Source of the DNA: Pyrinomonadaceae bacterium
GTDB lineage: Bacteria; Acidobacteriota; Blastocatellia; Pyrinomonadales; Pyrinomonadaceae
Direction: 5' to 3'
NCBI GenBank assembly: GCA_049799955.1
Contig: JBARIW010000075.1
Location: forward strand, 1-63,827
Length of the DNA: 63,827 nt
Both the position numbers and the translations under genes were made by a program. This document shows positions 48,794 to 58,061 of the stretch, in pieces (the first letter of the stretch is position 1; every line of letters starts with the position of its first letter). The notes beneath the pieces were generated by a model, which did no database searches, had not been told where the DNA came from, and worked only from the letters and a program-made list of their open reading frames with translations.

Positions 48794-49978
48794 TTATTTA
48801 GCGCCGACTATATAACTGTCGCGCGCTCTGACTGCAACGTTTTGTCGATTTACCCTGACTTTTATTTGCTTGCGCTGCCCGCTTTCTCCGACAATTTGGG
48901 GATAATAACCGATGCTGTATTGACTGCGAAGCTCTTCGGCAATTCCTTCAAAAGCGGCGGTTAATCCGCCCGGAGTAGATTCGGGGCGGAAAACTCTGCC
49001 GCCCGTCGCGCCGGCTAATCCTTCCAGATATGCTCTGCCGCGCGTGTAATCCGCGCTCGAAGCGCCCTGACCGCCGCCGCCCAAAGTCGGCAGTCCGATG
49101 GTCGGCGGCGTGCTCATTACGCCGCCTGTTCCGATACCGCGACTGTTCAGAAACGTATTGTAGTAAATCGGGAAAATTACGGAATCCGATTCTTCGGCAT
49201 CGTCCAGCGTGCTGTCAAAGCTCGCGCCGCGCGAGCTCGTATCGACACCGTCGGTGAACAAAACTATTGCTTTGCGTCCTTCTATTTTAGCGAGGCGTTT
49301 GCGAAGCGAATATTTGACGGCTTCGTAAAGCGAAGTGCCGTTGCCGAAACCTGTTTGACGAATTGCTTTGTAAATTTTCTGGCGGTCGTTCGTCAAGTCC
49401 GTTAAAACGCTGACGGATTCGTCGAATTGAATAACCATTACGCTGTCCTGCGGTTTTAACTGGTTGACAAATGCCATTGCCGCGCTCTGAATCTCTTCGA
49501 TTTTATAAGCCGTCGAAGGGCTGACATCGATTAAAAGAATAACGGTGAAAGGTTTTTCGCTCGTTCCGAAATAAGCTATTTCTTGCTCGACGCCGTCCTC
49601 GAAAATCTTAAAATCCGCCTGTCTTAAATTCGGCAAATAAATACCGCTGCGTTCATAAACCGACACCGGAATCGTTATTAAATTCGTTTCTACCTTCAGT
49701 ACATCTTCATCGGCTACGTCAGTATTTTCGGTGTTCGTCTTCGGAGTTGGCTGAGTTTGCGGTTTAGTTTCTTTTTCGGACTTTTTATCCTTTTTAGAAT
49801 TTCTTACGTTCGGACGCGAAATGCTCGGCACGGATTCGGAATAATCGCCTGAATCCTGTTTGTCGGCAATTTGCGGCGTCGGCGTCGGCGTCGATTGAAC
49901 TCTTCTTCCCGATTGTGCCGCGCCAATAGAGGAAAGTCCTGATATAAACAGCAAAATAATAGTTAATCTTTTCATCAT
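48794..49978 (-). CDS. secreted von Willebrand factor A (VWA) domain protein
   Basis: Signal peptide, Pro/Thr-rich linker, MIDAS 'DVSPSTAY…', and '…TDGVDTSS'. Confidence 0.8.
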   Translation of the reverse strand: MMKRLTIILLFISGLSSIGAAQSGRRVQSTPTPTPQIADKQDSGDYSESVPSISRPNVRNSKKDKKSEKETKPQTQPTPKTNTENTDVADEDVLKVETNLITIPVSVYERSGIYLPNLRQADFKIFEDGVEQEIAYFGTSEKPFTVILLIDVSPSTAYKIEEIQSAAMAFVNQLKPQDSVMVIQFDESVSVLTDLTNDRQKIYKAIRQTGFGNGTSLYEAVKYSLRKRLAKIEGRKAIVLFTDGVDTSSRGASFDSTLDDAEESDSVIFPIYYNTFLNSRGIGTGGVMSTPPTIGLPTLGGGGQGASSADYTRGRAYLEGLAGATGGRVFRPESTPGGLTAAFEGIAEELRSQYSIGYYPQIVGESGQRKQIKVRVNRQNVAVRARDSYIVGAK

Positions 49979-50284
49979 TAAATTCCTTTCGATTTCCCTT
50001 TCCGGTTAGTAAGTTTCCTTAGCATATAAGATGCAGGAGATTGAGGTTTCGAATACTTTTTATTTAGTCAGTTTTACGGAAATGTTTTTGACATTCCTTC
50101 GAATAATTCTCGTTTTGCTGCCTGTAGCTGCTCCCGCGATATTGCCGTTTTAATACTTGAAACAGGTGTCGGATAAGGCGAACAACATAATAAAGCCGCG
50201 GCTTGAGCGGTTTGACGGAGTTTTTCTTTTCCCTCAGAATAATATTGACGGCAAAAGTTTTAAGAAAAAGAGTTATCGATAATA

Positions 50285-52978
50285 ATGACAGGAAACGAAG
50301 TTAGACAAAGATTTATAAAATATTTCAATGAGCGCGGTCACAAAATCGTCCATTCCAGCCCGGTTTACCCGCCGGACGACCCGACGATTTTGTTCACCAA
50401 CGCGGGAATGAACCAGTTCAAAGATGTTTTTCTCGGCAACGAGCGGCGCGATTATAAACGCGCTGTTACAAGTCAGAAGTGTCTTCGCGCGGGCGGAAAG
50501 CACAACGACCTCGACGAAGTCGGGAAAACGGCGCGGCATCTGACATTTTTCGAGATGCTCGGCAATTTTTCCTTCGGCGATTATTTCAAGGAAGATGCGA
50601 TAAATTTCGCGTGGGATTATCTCGTTAATGAATTAAAGCTCGATAAAAACCGCCTCTGGTTCACGGTTTTCGGCGGCGACGAAGAAGTTGCGGCTGATGA
50701 AGAAGCCGTCGAGCTTTGGATAAAAGCCGGCGCATCGCCCGACCGTATTTTGCGTTTCGGACGGAAAGATAATTTCTGGCAGATGGCTGACATCGGACCT
50801 TGCGGACCGAGTTCGGAAATCAATTACTATCTGGGCGAAGAGCCGAAAAATCCCGAAAAAAACCGACCCGAATTTGTCAATGCCGACACGGGCGACACGA
50901 CGATGGAAATCTGGAATCTGGTTTTCATGCAGTACAACCGCCTCGAAGACGGAAACGGCGGCTTTCGCCTTGAGCCTCTGCCCGCGCCGTCGGTTGACAC
51001 GGGAATGGGCTTGGAAAGATTTACGACTGTTATTAACGGCTTTGATAGTGTTTACGAAACCGACATTATCAAGCCGATTATCAATTTTATCGCCGAGCTT
51101 GCGGGCAAAGAATACGTTTACGAATCGACGGAAGGCTTTGCCATGCGCGTCGTCGCCGACCACGCGCGCTCGGCGGCTTTTTCAATCACCGACGGAATTT
51201 TGCCCGGCAACGAAGGCAGAAGCTACGTTCTCCGCAAAATAATGCGCCGCGCCATCTATCACGGGCGCGAGCATCTCGGATTCAGCGATTCGTTTTTTTA
51301 CAAAGTCTGCGATTTTGTCGTTGACCAGATGAAAGACGCTTATCCCGAACTCGAAACACAGCGCGAATTCATCAGTAAAATGGTGCGGTTGGAGGAAGAG
51401 AAATTTGGCGCGACGATGACTGTCGGATTACAAAAGCTCAGCGAGTTTTTTGCTAAAAGCAGCGAAGCTGATTTCACCGAATTTGCCAAACTTTACGATA
51501 CTTTTGGAACGCCGCGCGATTTGGTGCGCGTTAAACTGGAAGAAAAAGGAATCGAAATCGGTGAAGAAGAATTTAACAAAAAATTTGATACGGCTTTGCA
51601 GGAAATTCAATCGCAGAGCGCGGTAGGAAAAACCGAGCGTAAATCGGTTGTAAGTCCGATTTATCACGAAATCGCGGAAAAAGTCGGCGCGAATCAGTTT
51701 CACGGCTATGAAACGACGCAGTTTGAAGAGGCGAAAGTTGTCGCTTTGCTCAAAAATGAACAGGAAGCGCAAGAGCTCGCGGAAGGCGAAGAAGGTTTAA
51801 TCGTTTTGTCTGAGACGCCTTTTTACGCCGAATCGGGCGGGCAGGTCGGCGATACGGGATTTTTGTTGAATGAAGCGACGAAGGCGAAAGTTCAGGACAC
51901 TTTCTCGCCCGTCGCGGGTTTGATTCTGCATAAATCGAAAGTTGAAAAAGGCTCGATTAAGGTCGGCGATGTGGTAATGGCGACGGTTGACACGGAAAAA
52001 CGCGACGCGACAAGGCGTAATCATACGGCGACGCATCTGGTTCACGCGGCGCTCAAGGAAGTCGTCGGAACGCACGTCAAGCAAGCCGGTTCGGTCGTCG
52101 CGCCGAACTATTTAAGATTTGATTTCACGCATTATCAGGCTTTGAGCGAAGACGAGATTAAGGAAATCGAGGATTTGGTCAACCGCGAGATTTTGAAAAA
52201 CGACGCGGTGAACACGAACGTGATGGCGATTGAAGAAGCGATGCGAACCGGCGCGGTCGCGCTTTTCGGCGAAAAATACGGCGCTGACGTTCGCGTTTTG
52301 AGCGTCGGCGAAGGCGTTTTTTCAAAAGAACTTTGCGGCGGAACGCACGTTCGGGCGACGGGCGACATCGGCTCGTTTAAAATCACTTCGGACGAGGCGA
52401 TTGCTTCGGGCGTGCGCCGAATCCGCGCGATTACGGGCTTTGATGCGTTCGAGCGTTTCCGCGAAGACGAAAATTTAATCGACAAATCGCTTCAGGCGCT
52501 CAGAACTCAGCGCGATAATCTGCCGTCGGCGATTGAAAAATTGCAGGAAGAATTAAAACGCTTCAAGCGCGAAAACGACGAGCTGAAAATGAAAATCGCC
52601 ACCGGCGCAATCGGAACGGCTCCATCAAATGGCGATGAGGCGAAAGATGTAAACGGTGTGAAGGTTCTGGCGAAAACGGTCGAAGGCTTGGACAAAGGCG
52701 GAATGCGTCATTTGTCCGACACGCTTCTGGCAAAAATGAAATCCGGCGTGGTCGTTCTGGCGCGAACCGAGGAAGACAAAGTTTCGTTTATCGTGCGCGT
52801 ATCGGACGATTTGACCGACCGCGTGAAAGCAGGAAAAATCGTGCAGGAAATCGCGCCGATTGTCGGCGGTCGCGGCGGCGGCAAACCCGACATGGCGGAA
52901 GGCGGCGGAACGGACGCGAGCAAATTAAACGACGCTTTACAGGCAAGTTACGGTGTCGTCGAGAAAATGTTAGACTAA
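50285..52978 (+). CDS. alaS: alanine--tRNA ligase
   Basis: 897 aa; 'RQRFIKYFNERGHKIVHSSPV…LFTNAGMNQFKDVFLG' is canonical AlaS. Confidence 0.95.
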   Translation: MTGNEVRQRFIKYFNERGHKIVHSSPVYPPDDPTILFTNAGMNQFKDVFLGNERRDYKRAVTSQKCLRAGGKHNDLDEVGKTARHLTFFEMLGNFSFGDYFKEDAINFAWDYLVNELKLDKNRLWFTVFGGDEEVAADEEAVELWIKAGASPDRILRFGRKDNFWQMADIGPCGPSSEINYYLGEEPKNPEKNRPEFVNADTGDTTMEIWNLVFMQYNRLEDGNGGFRLEPLPAPSVDTGMGLERFTTVINGFDSVYETDIIKPIINFIAELAGKEYVYESTEGFAMRVVADHARSAAFSITDGILPGNEGRSYVLRKIMRRAIYHGREHLGFSDSFFYKVCDFVVDQMKDAYPELETQREFISKMVRLEEEKFGATMTVGLQKLSEFFAKSSEADFTEFAKLYDTFGTPRDLVRVKLEEKGIEIGEEEFNKKFDTALQEIQSQSAVGKTERKSVVSPIYHEIAEKVGANQFHGYETTQFEEAKVVALLKNEQEAQELAEGEEGLIVLSETPFYAESGGQVGDTGFLLNEATKAKVQDTFSPVAGLILHKSKVEKGSIKVGDVVMATVDTEKRDATRRNHTATHLVHAALKEVVGTHVKQAGSVVAPNYLRFDFTHYQALSEDEIKEIEDLVNREILKNDAVNTNVMAIEEAMRTGAVALFGEKYGADVRVLSVGEGVFSKELCGGTHVRATGDIGSFKITSDEAIASGVRRIRAITGFDAFERFREDENLIDKSLQALRTQRDNLPSAIEKLQEELKRFKRENDELKMKIATGAIGTAPSNGDEAKDVNGVKVLAKTVEGLDKGGMRHLSDTLLAKMKSGVVVLARTEEDKVSFIVRVSDDLTDRVKAGKIVQEIAPIVGGRGGGKPDMAEGGGTDASKLNDALQASYGVVEKMLD

Positions 52979-52998
52979 TCTCGCAATTTAAAATTTAA

Positions 52999-53053
52999 GG
53001 CTTTGCCTGAGAACTAGCACTTGCCCGAAAAGTGCTTAACCTTGCCCGAAAAC
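52999..53053. repeat. left boundary repeats of the alaS-downstream islet: GGCTTTGCCTGAGAACT (inverted copy at 55967..55983) plus GAGAACT-N-TTGCCCGAAAA(C) direct-repeat units (two TTGCCCGAAAA copies)
   Basis: 52999-53015 ggctttgcctgagaact; 53016-53036 hairpin agcacTTGCCCGAAAagtgct; 53042-53053 ttgcccgaaaac. Confidence 0.7.
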
Positions 53054-53439
53054 TACCATTTAAGATTTAGGTCTGATACTTTTGATGCTCTTATTGCTAT
53101 ATCAAAGCTAATATCATCAGTTCTTGTTGATTCAAGATGACACTCGTTTCTACATTCTGGATGCATATATGAAGCGCAATATTTTGAAACGGTGGCGTAG
53201 AGAGTAGCGAATGGATAAACGGTATCACCTATCCAAATCATACGAAACGCCTTACTTCGCTTTTCGCCTTGCTGATGAGCAATTTTTGCAATTTTTTGCA
53301 GGTCTAAGAGTTGGACTTCAATCCACTCAGGCAAATTATTTATTACTTCTTTCTCGCCAGAAGTATCTTCCTGAGTAAAACAAGGAATCCCGCCTGTTAT
53401 TAAACCCTCAAACGACATTTCAAAAGTGATTTTATCCAT
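53053..53439 (-). CDS. hypothetical protein (128 aa), second gene of a two-gene module with the Zn-ribbon protein
   Basis: ORF 4 bp downstream of 53443..53634 on the same strand; no recognisable family. Confidence 0.45.
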   Translation of the reverse strand: MDKITFEMSFEGLITGGIPCFTQEDTSGEKEVINNLPEWIEVQLLDLQKIAKIAHQQGEKRSKAFRMIWIGDTVYPFATLYATVSKYCASYMHPECRNECHLESTRTDDISFDIAIRASKVSDLNLKW

Positions 53440-53442
53440 AGC

Positions 53443-53634
53443 TTACTTCTCAGATTTTACGATTTTACGCGGTTTGTTCCAATACGGGCTTTTGCACTTC
53501 GGGCAAACCGCAGGCTCGTTCTCAATATCACGCGGAATCCAAACGTGATTGCACCTCTCACAGGTATTTCTCCAGACTGTTATTTTTTCTCTTGCCACAA
53601 AATCAAATATATACCTAAAATAATATACTGTCAA
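53443..53634 (-). CDS. small zinc-ribbon protein (C-x2-C-x15-C-x2-C; YgiT/MqsA-type ribbon-like)
   Basis: 63 aa from a TTG start; 'CERCNHVW…CPKCKSPYW'. A palindrome gtcaacc-aagttctt-ggttgac overlaps its start. Confidence 0.4.
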   Translation of the reverse strand: MTVYYFRYIFDFVAREKITVWRNTCERCNHVWIPRDIENEPAVCPKCKSPYWNKPRKIVKSEK

Positions 53635-53639
53635 CCAAG

Positions 53640-55090
53640 TTCTTAGGTTGACTTACTGCTATACCTATAGTAATATAGTTAAGGTAGTTAAATTAAATCT
53701 TTTGAGGTATTTAAGCGATGAACGAACAACGAATTTTAGAAAGAAAACAACGCGGTTATGACATCTCCCAAAGATACACGATTCGACAAGACGGTAATTT
53801 CTGGTTTGTTCCGTCAAGCAAAAGCGGAAAGTATAAAGTCGATTTGAAACGGCAGACCTGCAACTGTATGGATTTTGAAACACGAAAAATGAAGTGCAAA
53901 CATCTTTGGGCGGCAGAATTTCACTACGAGCGCGAAGTTTTAAAAGCTATTGATGATGTTCCCGAAGCTGTTAAAGAAGTTCCGAAGAAAAGAACTTATG
54001 CGCAACCGAATTGGTCTGCATATCACAAATCGCAGACTTGCGAAAAAGGGCAATTCCTTTACCTTTTGCGAGAACTTACCAAAGGAATTGAAAGCCCGAC
54101 TCAAAAGACTGGCAGAACGCGGCATAATTTCTCGGATTTGATTTTCTCAATGTGTTACAAAGTTTATTCGTGCTTTAGCTCACGCCGCTTTATGACAGAC
54201 CTTAAAACCGCTTTTGATACTAACTACCTTGAACGGCTTCCGAGCTACAATTCACTAATCGAAGCGTTTTCTCTGGAAGAAATCACGCCTTTACTGCATT
54301 ACTTAATCGAAATGAGTTCTTTGCCGCTTGCGGCAATCGAAAAGGATTTCTGCGTTGATTCGACTGGACTTTCAACGTGTCGTTTCTATCGTTGGTTTCA
54401 CGCGAAATACACAGATAAGCGATTGATTGACCACAGAGATTGGGTAAAACTTCACGCGATGTCGGGCGCGAAAACGAACGTCATTACAGCCGTTGAAATT
54501 TCAAACCGATACGAACACGATTCTAATTACTTCAAACCGCTTGTTGATAAAACGGCTCTGAGATTTGCGATTGATGAAGTCAGCGCAGATAAGGCGTATT
54601 CAAGCGAAAAGAATATGCAGACCGTTTTGAATCACGGCGCGATACTCTTTCATCGCTTTCAAGAAAAACGCGACCTCTGGGCACTTCTACACGGGCGAGA
54701 CTTGGAAAAACTGCTTTCACTACTACTCGCTGAATCAAGAGAAATTCCTACAGCACTACCACAAAAGAAGTAACGCCGAAACTGTTTTCAGTATGATAAA
54801 AGCGAAATTTGGTGATTCTTTGAGAAGCAAAACGGAAACGGCTCTGATTAACGAAACTTTAGCGAAAGTCGTTTGTCATAACATCTGCGTTTTAATAACG
54901 AGTATGCACGAATTAGGATTAAAGCCGAAGTTTCGGGAAAACTTAAAGTAGAACGTTAGACTACACTATATGTAGTGTACCACGAATGAGACAACGTATT
55001 GACTTTAAAGGGCTTTGAGAGAATAATAAAGGCTAGGTTGTTGTAGCAACCTAGCCTAGAACCTGTTAGCGGGTGCAAAACAAGTAGGGC
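53640..55090 (+). mobile_element. IS element (IS4/IS5-superfamily DDE transposase with N-terminal SWIM zinc finger), probably inactive; ends uncertain
   Basis: Transposase ORF plus about 150-bp flanks. Imperfect terminal inverted-repeat candidates are …caaGTTCTTAGGTTGac (left, 53636-53652) and caGGTTCTAGGctaggttg (right, reverse complement of about 55040-55075). AT-rich. Confidence 0.45.
53718..54951 (+). pseudogene. frameshifted DDE transposase (SWIM zinc finger 'CNCMDFETRKMKCKHLW' + DDE_Tnp_1-like core)
   Basis: The ORF 53718..54773 carries the D…D region (…FCVDSTGLS…, …ADKAYSS…). The conserved C-terminus (…GHFYTGETWKNCFHYYSLNQEKFLQHYHKRSNAETVFSMIKAKFGDSLRSKTETALINETLAKVVCHNICVL…) is in the +1 frame from about 54636 to the stop at 54949-54951. 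Confidence 0.6.
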
Positions 55091-55348
55091 GCGACCTAAG
55101 CTTAATTTAAGCATTTCGTTCTCTTTTGTCAAGAAGGAATCAACCGCTTCGGTTTATATCTACTCTCTTTAACTAACAGGTTCACCAAAAAGGTAAACAA
55201 CTACAATCAACGGCGACGCTAGTATTTTCACCTGCTTTCTAGGTCAGAAAGTAAAGAACTAGCTTAGCGATGCGTCGGAATTGCTCGACGTTATTGCGAC
55301 AATCGTTTGTGTGTAGGCGACCTATTTTTTAGGGAGAAGAAACATATT

Positions 55349-55688
55349 ATGAAATATGTAAATTTGTACGAAGTGCGAGACTATCTACCCTTTTAAAGGG
55401 ACTGACGAGGCAACTAAACTTGCCGTTTGGGAAAAAGGTGCGCCGCTATCAGACAAGGATGAGAAAGGCAATTTGTTATATCATCCTGCCGTATGGCGGC
55501 GCGATGCGTGTGGACACGCTATGCGTTATACCGACCACGGAAATACTAATTCCGAGTTTGGTTGGGAAATCGACCACATTTACCCAGAAGCGCGTGGCGG
55601 TAAAACTGTATTGGGTAATTTACAGCCTTTATATTGGAAAACTAATCGCCAAAAAAGCGATACTTATCCTTGGTCTTGTGAGGATTGA
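55349..55688 (+). pseudogene. HNH endonuclease (~113 aa) disrupted by a 1-nt frameshift in a T4A3 homopolymer run
   Basis: SD aggga + ATG at 55349 gives MKYVNLYEVRDYLPF*. The HNH domain (…CGHAMRYTDHGNTNSEFGWEIDHIYPEARGGKTVLGNLQPLYWKTNRQKSDTYPW) is open in the +1 frame from 55362. Removing one T in cccTTTTaaaggg (55388-55400) restores one ORF. Confidence 0.6.
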
Positions 55689-55870
55689 ATGACGGACGTA
55701 GATACTTTCAGATACACAATGTCTTGAAAGTCATCGTAAACAGGCTCTACATATAACCCGAAATTAAGTAAGGTTTTGTAGAGCCTTTCATTTCGCGCCC
55801 ATTTATCCAGATGAATCGGAAATGTTTCTTCTATCGGTTTTGTTTCGTTCTGTTCTACTTTGATACTCAT
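55664..55870 (-). CDS. hypothetical small protein
   Basis: 68-aa ORF, no SD; overlaps the HNH 3' end. Confidence 0.3.
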   Translation of the reverse strand: MSIKVEQNETKPIEETFPIHLDKWARNERLYKTLLNFGLYVEPVYDDFQDIVYLKVSTSVIQSSQDQG

Positions 55871-55924
55871 ATTTATTTGTTACGCAAAAACTGTGCTATT
55901 GTTTGAATAAATTGAATTTTGACC

Positions 55925-55983
55925 GAGAACTGTTTAAGATTGCCCGAAAACAAGTGGAATTTTTGGAGTTCTCAGGCAAAGCC
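55925..55983. repeat. right boundary repeats of the islet: GAGAACT-N8-TTGCCCGAAAAC (direct copy of left boundary) followed by AGTTCTCAGGCAAAGCC (inverted copy of 52999..53015)
   Basis: 55925-55931 gagaact; 55940-55951 ttgcccgaaaac; 55967-55983 agttctcaggcaaagcc. Confidence 0.7.
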
Positions 55984-56004
55984 AAAATTTAAGGAGAAAA
56001 AACT

Positions 56005-56334
56005 ATGAATGCAGCAGGTATGACTTTTGTTCTCACCGGGGTTTATTCGGTTCTACAGATGCCGTTTTATCAATCAATCGTAACGAACGGCAGCGTTTCT
56101 CAGAGTGAATTTGACGGAACGGCAAAAGATTTAAACAGTATTATCACGACTTTGAAAAACACGCCCGGAGATAAAATCGAGGCGATGGTTGAACAGTATA
56201 ATAATGAACTGACCAACCACCTTAACAACTTTAACAGCGGATGGGGAAGCGATTTGCTCGCCGCATTCAGAGAAGCGCAGACGATGGTGGGATTTGTTAC
56301 GTCGGTTATGGCAAAATCCGGTATTTCAGATTAG
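56005..56334 (+). CDS. hypothetical small helical protein
   Basis: 109 aa, strong SD (aaggag) 8 nt upstream of ATG. Confidence 0.5.
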   Translation: MNAAGMTFVLTGVYSVLQMPFYQSIVTNGSVSQSEFDGTAKDLNSIITTLKNTPGDKIEAMVEQYNNELTNHLNNFNSGWGSDLLAAFREAQTMVGFVTSVMAKSGISD

Positions 56335-56367
56335 GCGATTTATAGAAATCCAATAAGGTTGGTAAAG

Positions 56368-57387
56368 TTATTCCGAAGCCGGTAATGCCCGGCAGTCTGT
56401 TTTCGACGTTTGAGATTCGTGAATCTCGATTTTCTCTTCCGAATTGCCTTCGTCTTTGTTCTCCGATGTTATCAGCACGACCGAGCCGACAATCACGCCC
56501 GCGCCGACGAGCATTTGTCCCGTAAATGATTCGCCCGCGATGAGCCAGCCGAGAAAAACGGCGATAATCGGGTTGACATAGGCATAAGTCGCAACCATTG
56601 CGGGCTGCGCGTTTTTTAAGAGCCAACTGTAAGCCGTAAAGCTGATGAGCGAGCCGAAAATGATTAGATAAACGAGTCCGAGCCACGAATTTGCCGAAAC
56701 CTGAGCGATATTAAAATTCGACCATTCGCCCAAAATTAAACTCACGAAAAGCAAAACCAAGCCGCCCGAAAACATCTGCATTCCCGCCGTTTGAATCGAA
56801 GATTTGGGAACGGGCGAGCGCAGACCGTAAATCGAGCCGGTCGCCCACGAAAGAGCCGCGACAATGACGGCAATCGTGCCGAAAAGCTGCATCGAACCGG
56901 AATCTGTCGATTCGACGCCTTCCGCCTGACCGTTGATTAAAAACCACACGCCGAAAAATCCGATTGCAATTCCCAAAACTGCTTTCAGATTCGGTCGCGC
57001 GCCTTTCAGCCAGAGCCAGCTTAAAAGTACAATCCAGAAAGGCTCGGTGGCGACGAGAAGCGCGGCGAGACTCGACGAAATATAGTGTTCGGCAAAGACT
57101 ACGCCGCCGTTTCCGCCCAGAAGCAGAAGCGTTCCGACGATAAAGCTCGTTTTCCAATGCGCGGCTTTCGGGCGTTCGTAATCTTTGGCAAATCTCGCCC
57201 AAAGCATCAGAATCGCGCCCGCAAAAGTGAATCTCGCGCCCGCCATCAGAAACGGCGGAAGCGTTTCAATCGCGTATTTAATCGCCAGATAAGTCGAACC
57301 CCAGAAGATATAAACCGCCGCAAACGCCGCGATTAATAAAATCAGGCTGCGGTTAGGATTAATTTTTGTGATTTGTGTGTTCTGCAT
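56368..57387 (-). CDS. EamA/DMT-family transporter
   Basis: 339 aa, 10 TM, two EamA-like halves. Confidence 0.85.
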   Translation of the reverse strand: MQNTQITKINPNRSLILLIAAFAAVYIFWGSTYLAIKYAIETLPPFLMAGARFTFAGAILMLWARFAKDYERPKAAHWKTSFIVGTLLLLGGNGGVVFAEHYISSSLAALLVATEPFWIVLLSWLWLKGARPNLKAVLGIAIGFFGVWFLINGQAEGVESTDSGSMQLFGTIAVIVAALSWATGSIYGLRSPVPKSSIQTAGMQMFSGGLVLLFVSLILGEWSNFNIAQVSANSWLGLVYLIIFGSLISFTAYSWLLKNAQPAMVATYAYVNPIIAVFLGWLIAGESFTGQMLVGAGVIVGSVVLITSENKDEGNSEEKIEIHESQTSKTDCRALPASE

Positions 57388-57411
57388 TTCAAACCCCTTG
57401 TTTCTCTAAAA

Positions 57412-57903
57412 TCATTTGCTCTTCGCGGATTTTTTCGGAGCTTCCACGTCGTCGGAATCCGCAATCGGCAGCGCCGTTGTTTCCTTTATCGTCTGCAAAA
57501 CGACGGTCGTTTTGGTCGATGCCACGTTCGGCACGTTCTTTAGCCTTTCTCTAAGAAGCCGCGACAAGCCTTCCGTATTTTTGACACGCACTTTGAGCAG
57601 GTAAGAATCTTCGCCCGCAACGTCGTGAACTTCCAGAACTTCGGGAATTTCCGCCAGAAATTTATCGGTTTCGCCGCAGCATTCGTGCGTCCGAACGGCG
57701 ACAAACGCCGTCAGACCGAATCCGGCTTCGACCGCGTCGATTTCCGTCGCGTAGCCGCGAATCACGCCGCGCTCTTCGAGTTTTCGCACGCGTTCCAGAA
57801 CGGCGGACGGTGCAAGCCCGACCTGTCGCGCAATTTCCGCATTGCTGATTCGCGCATCTTTCTGAATAATATTCAATATTTGTCTGTCAACTTCGTTAAT
57901 CAT
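57412..57903 (-). CDS. Lrp/AsnC-family transcriptional regulator
   Basis: Start at the internal Met preceded by a gggaga SD. HTH 'ISNAEIARQVGLAPSAVLERVRKLEERGVI' plus a RAM domain. Confidence 0.85.
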   Translation of the reverse strand: MINEVDRQILNIIQKDARISNAEIARQVGLAPSAVLERVRKLEERGVIRGYATEIDAVEAGFGLTAFVAVRTHECCGETDKFLAEIPEVLEVHDVAGEDSYLLKVRVKNTEGLSRLLRERLKNVPNVASTKTTVVLQTIKETTALPIADSDDVEAPKKSAKSK

Positions 57904-58061
57904 TCGGCAAATCTCCCAATTAGAAGAATAATATTCGGTAAACAATTTGTCAAGCAAATAATGAATCCGAAAAATTGATTCCGGCGATTATTAGAATTGA
58001 GATTTTCGATTTATATTTATGAAACAAACGAGTAAGTTTTCATAAACGAAGGAGCAAAACT

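Noticed and set aside
50245-50283. Sigma-70 promoter for alaS (TTGACG … GATAAT)
   Set aside because: The -35 to -10 spacing would be 27 nt. GATAAT directly abutting the ATG could indicate a leaderless transcript, but there is no matching -35.
53600-53634. Apparent strong sigma-70 promoter TTGACA-N17-TATATT on the minus strand
   Set aside because: The 'TTGACA' is the TTG start codon plus the second codon of the 63-aa Zn-ribbon ORF. The motif lies inside the coding sequence, not upstream of it.
57935-57965. Candidate promoter (TTGACA … TATTAT/TATTCT) upstream of the Lrp/AsnC gene
   Set aside because: The spacer is either 14 nt or the -10 box is poor (TATTCT). It is plausible but not strong enough to list as a feature.
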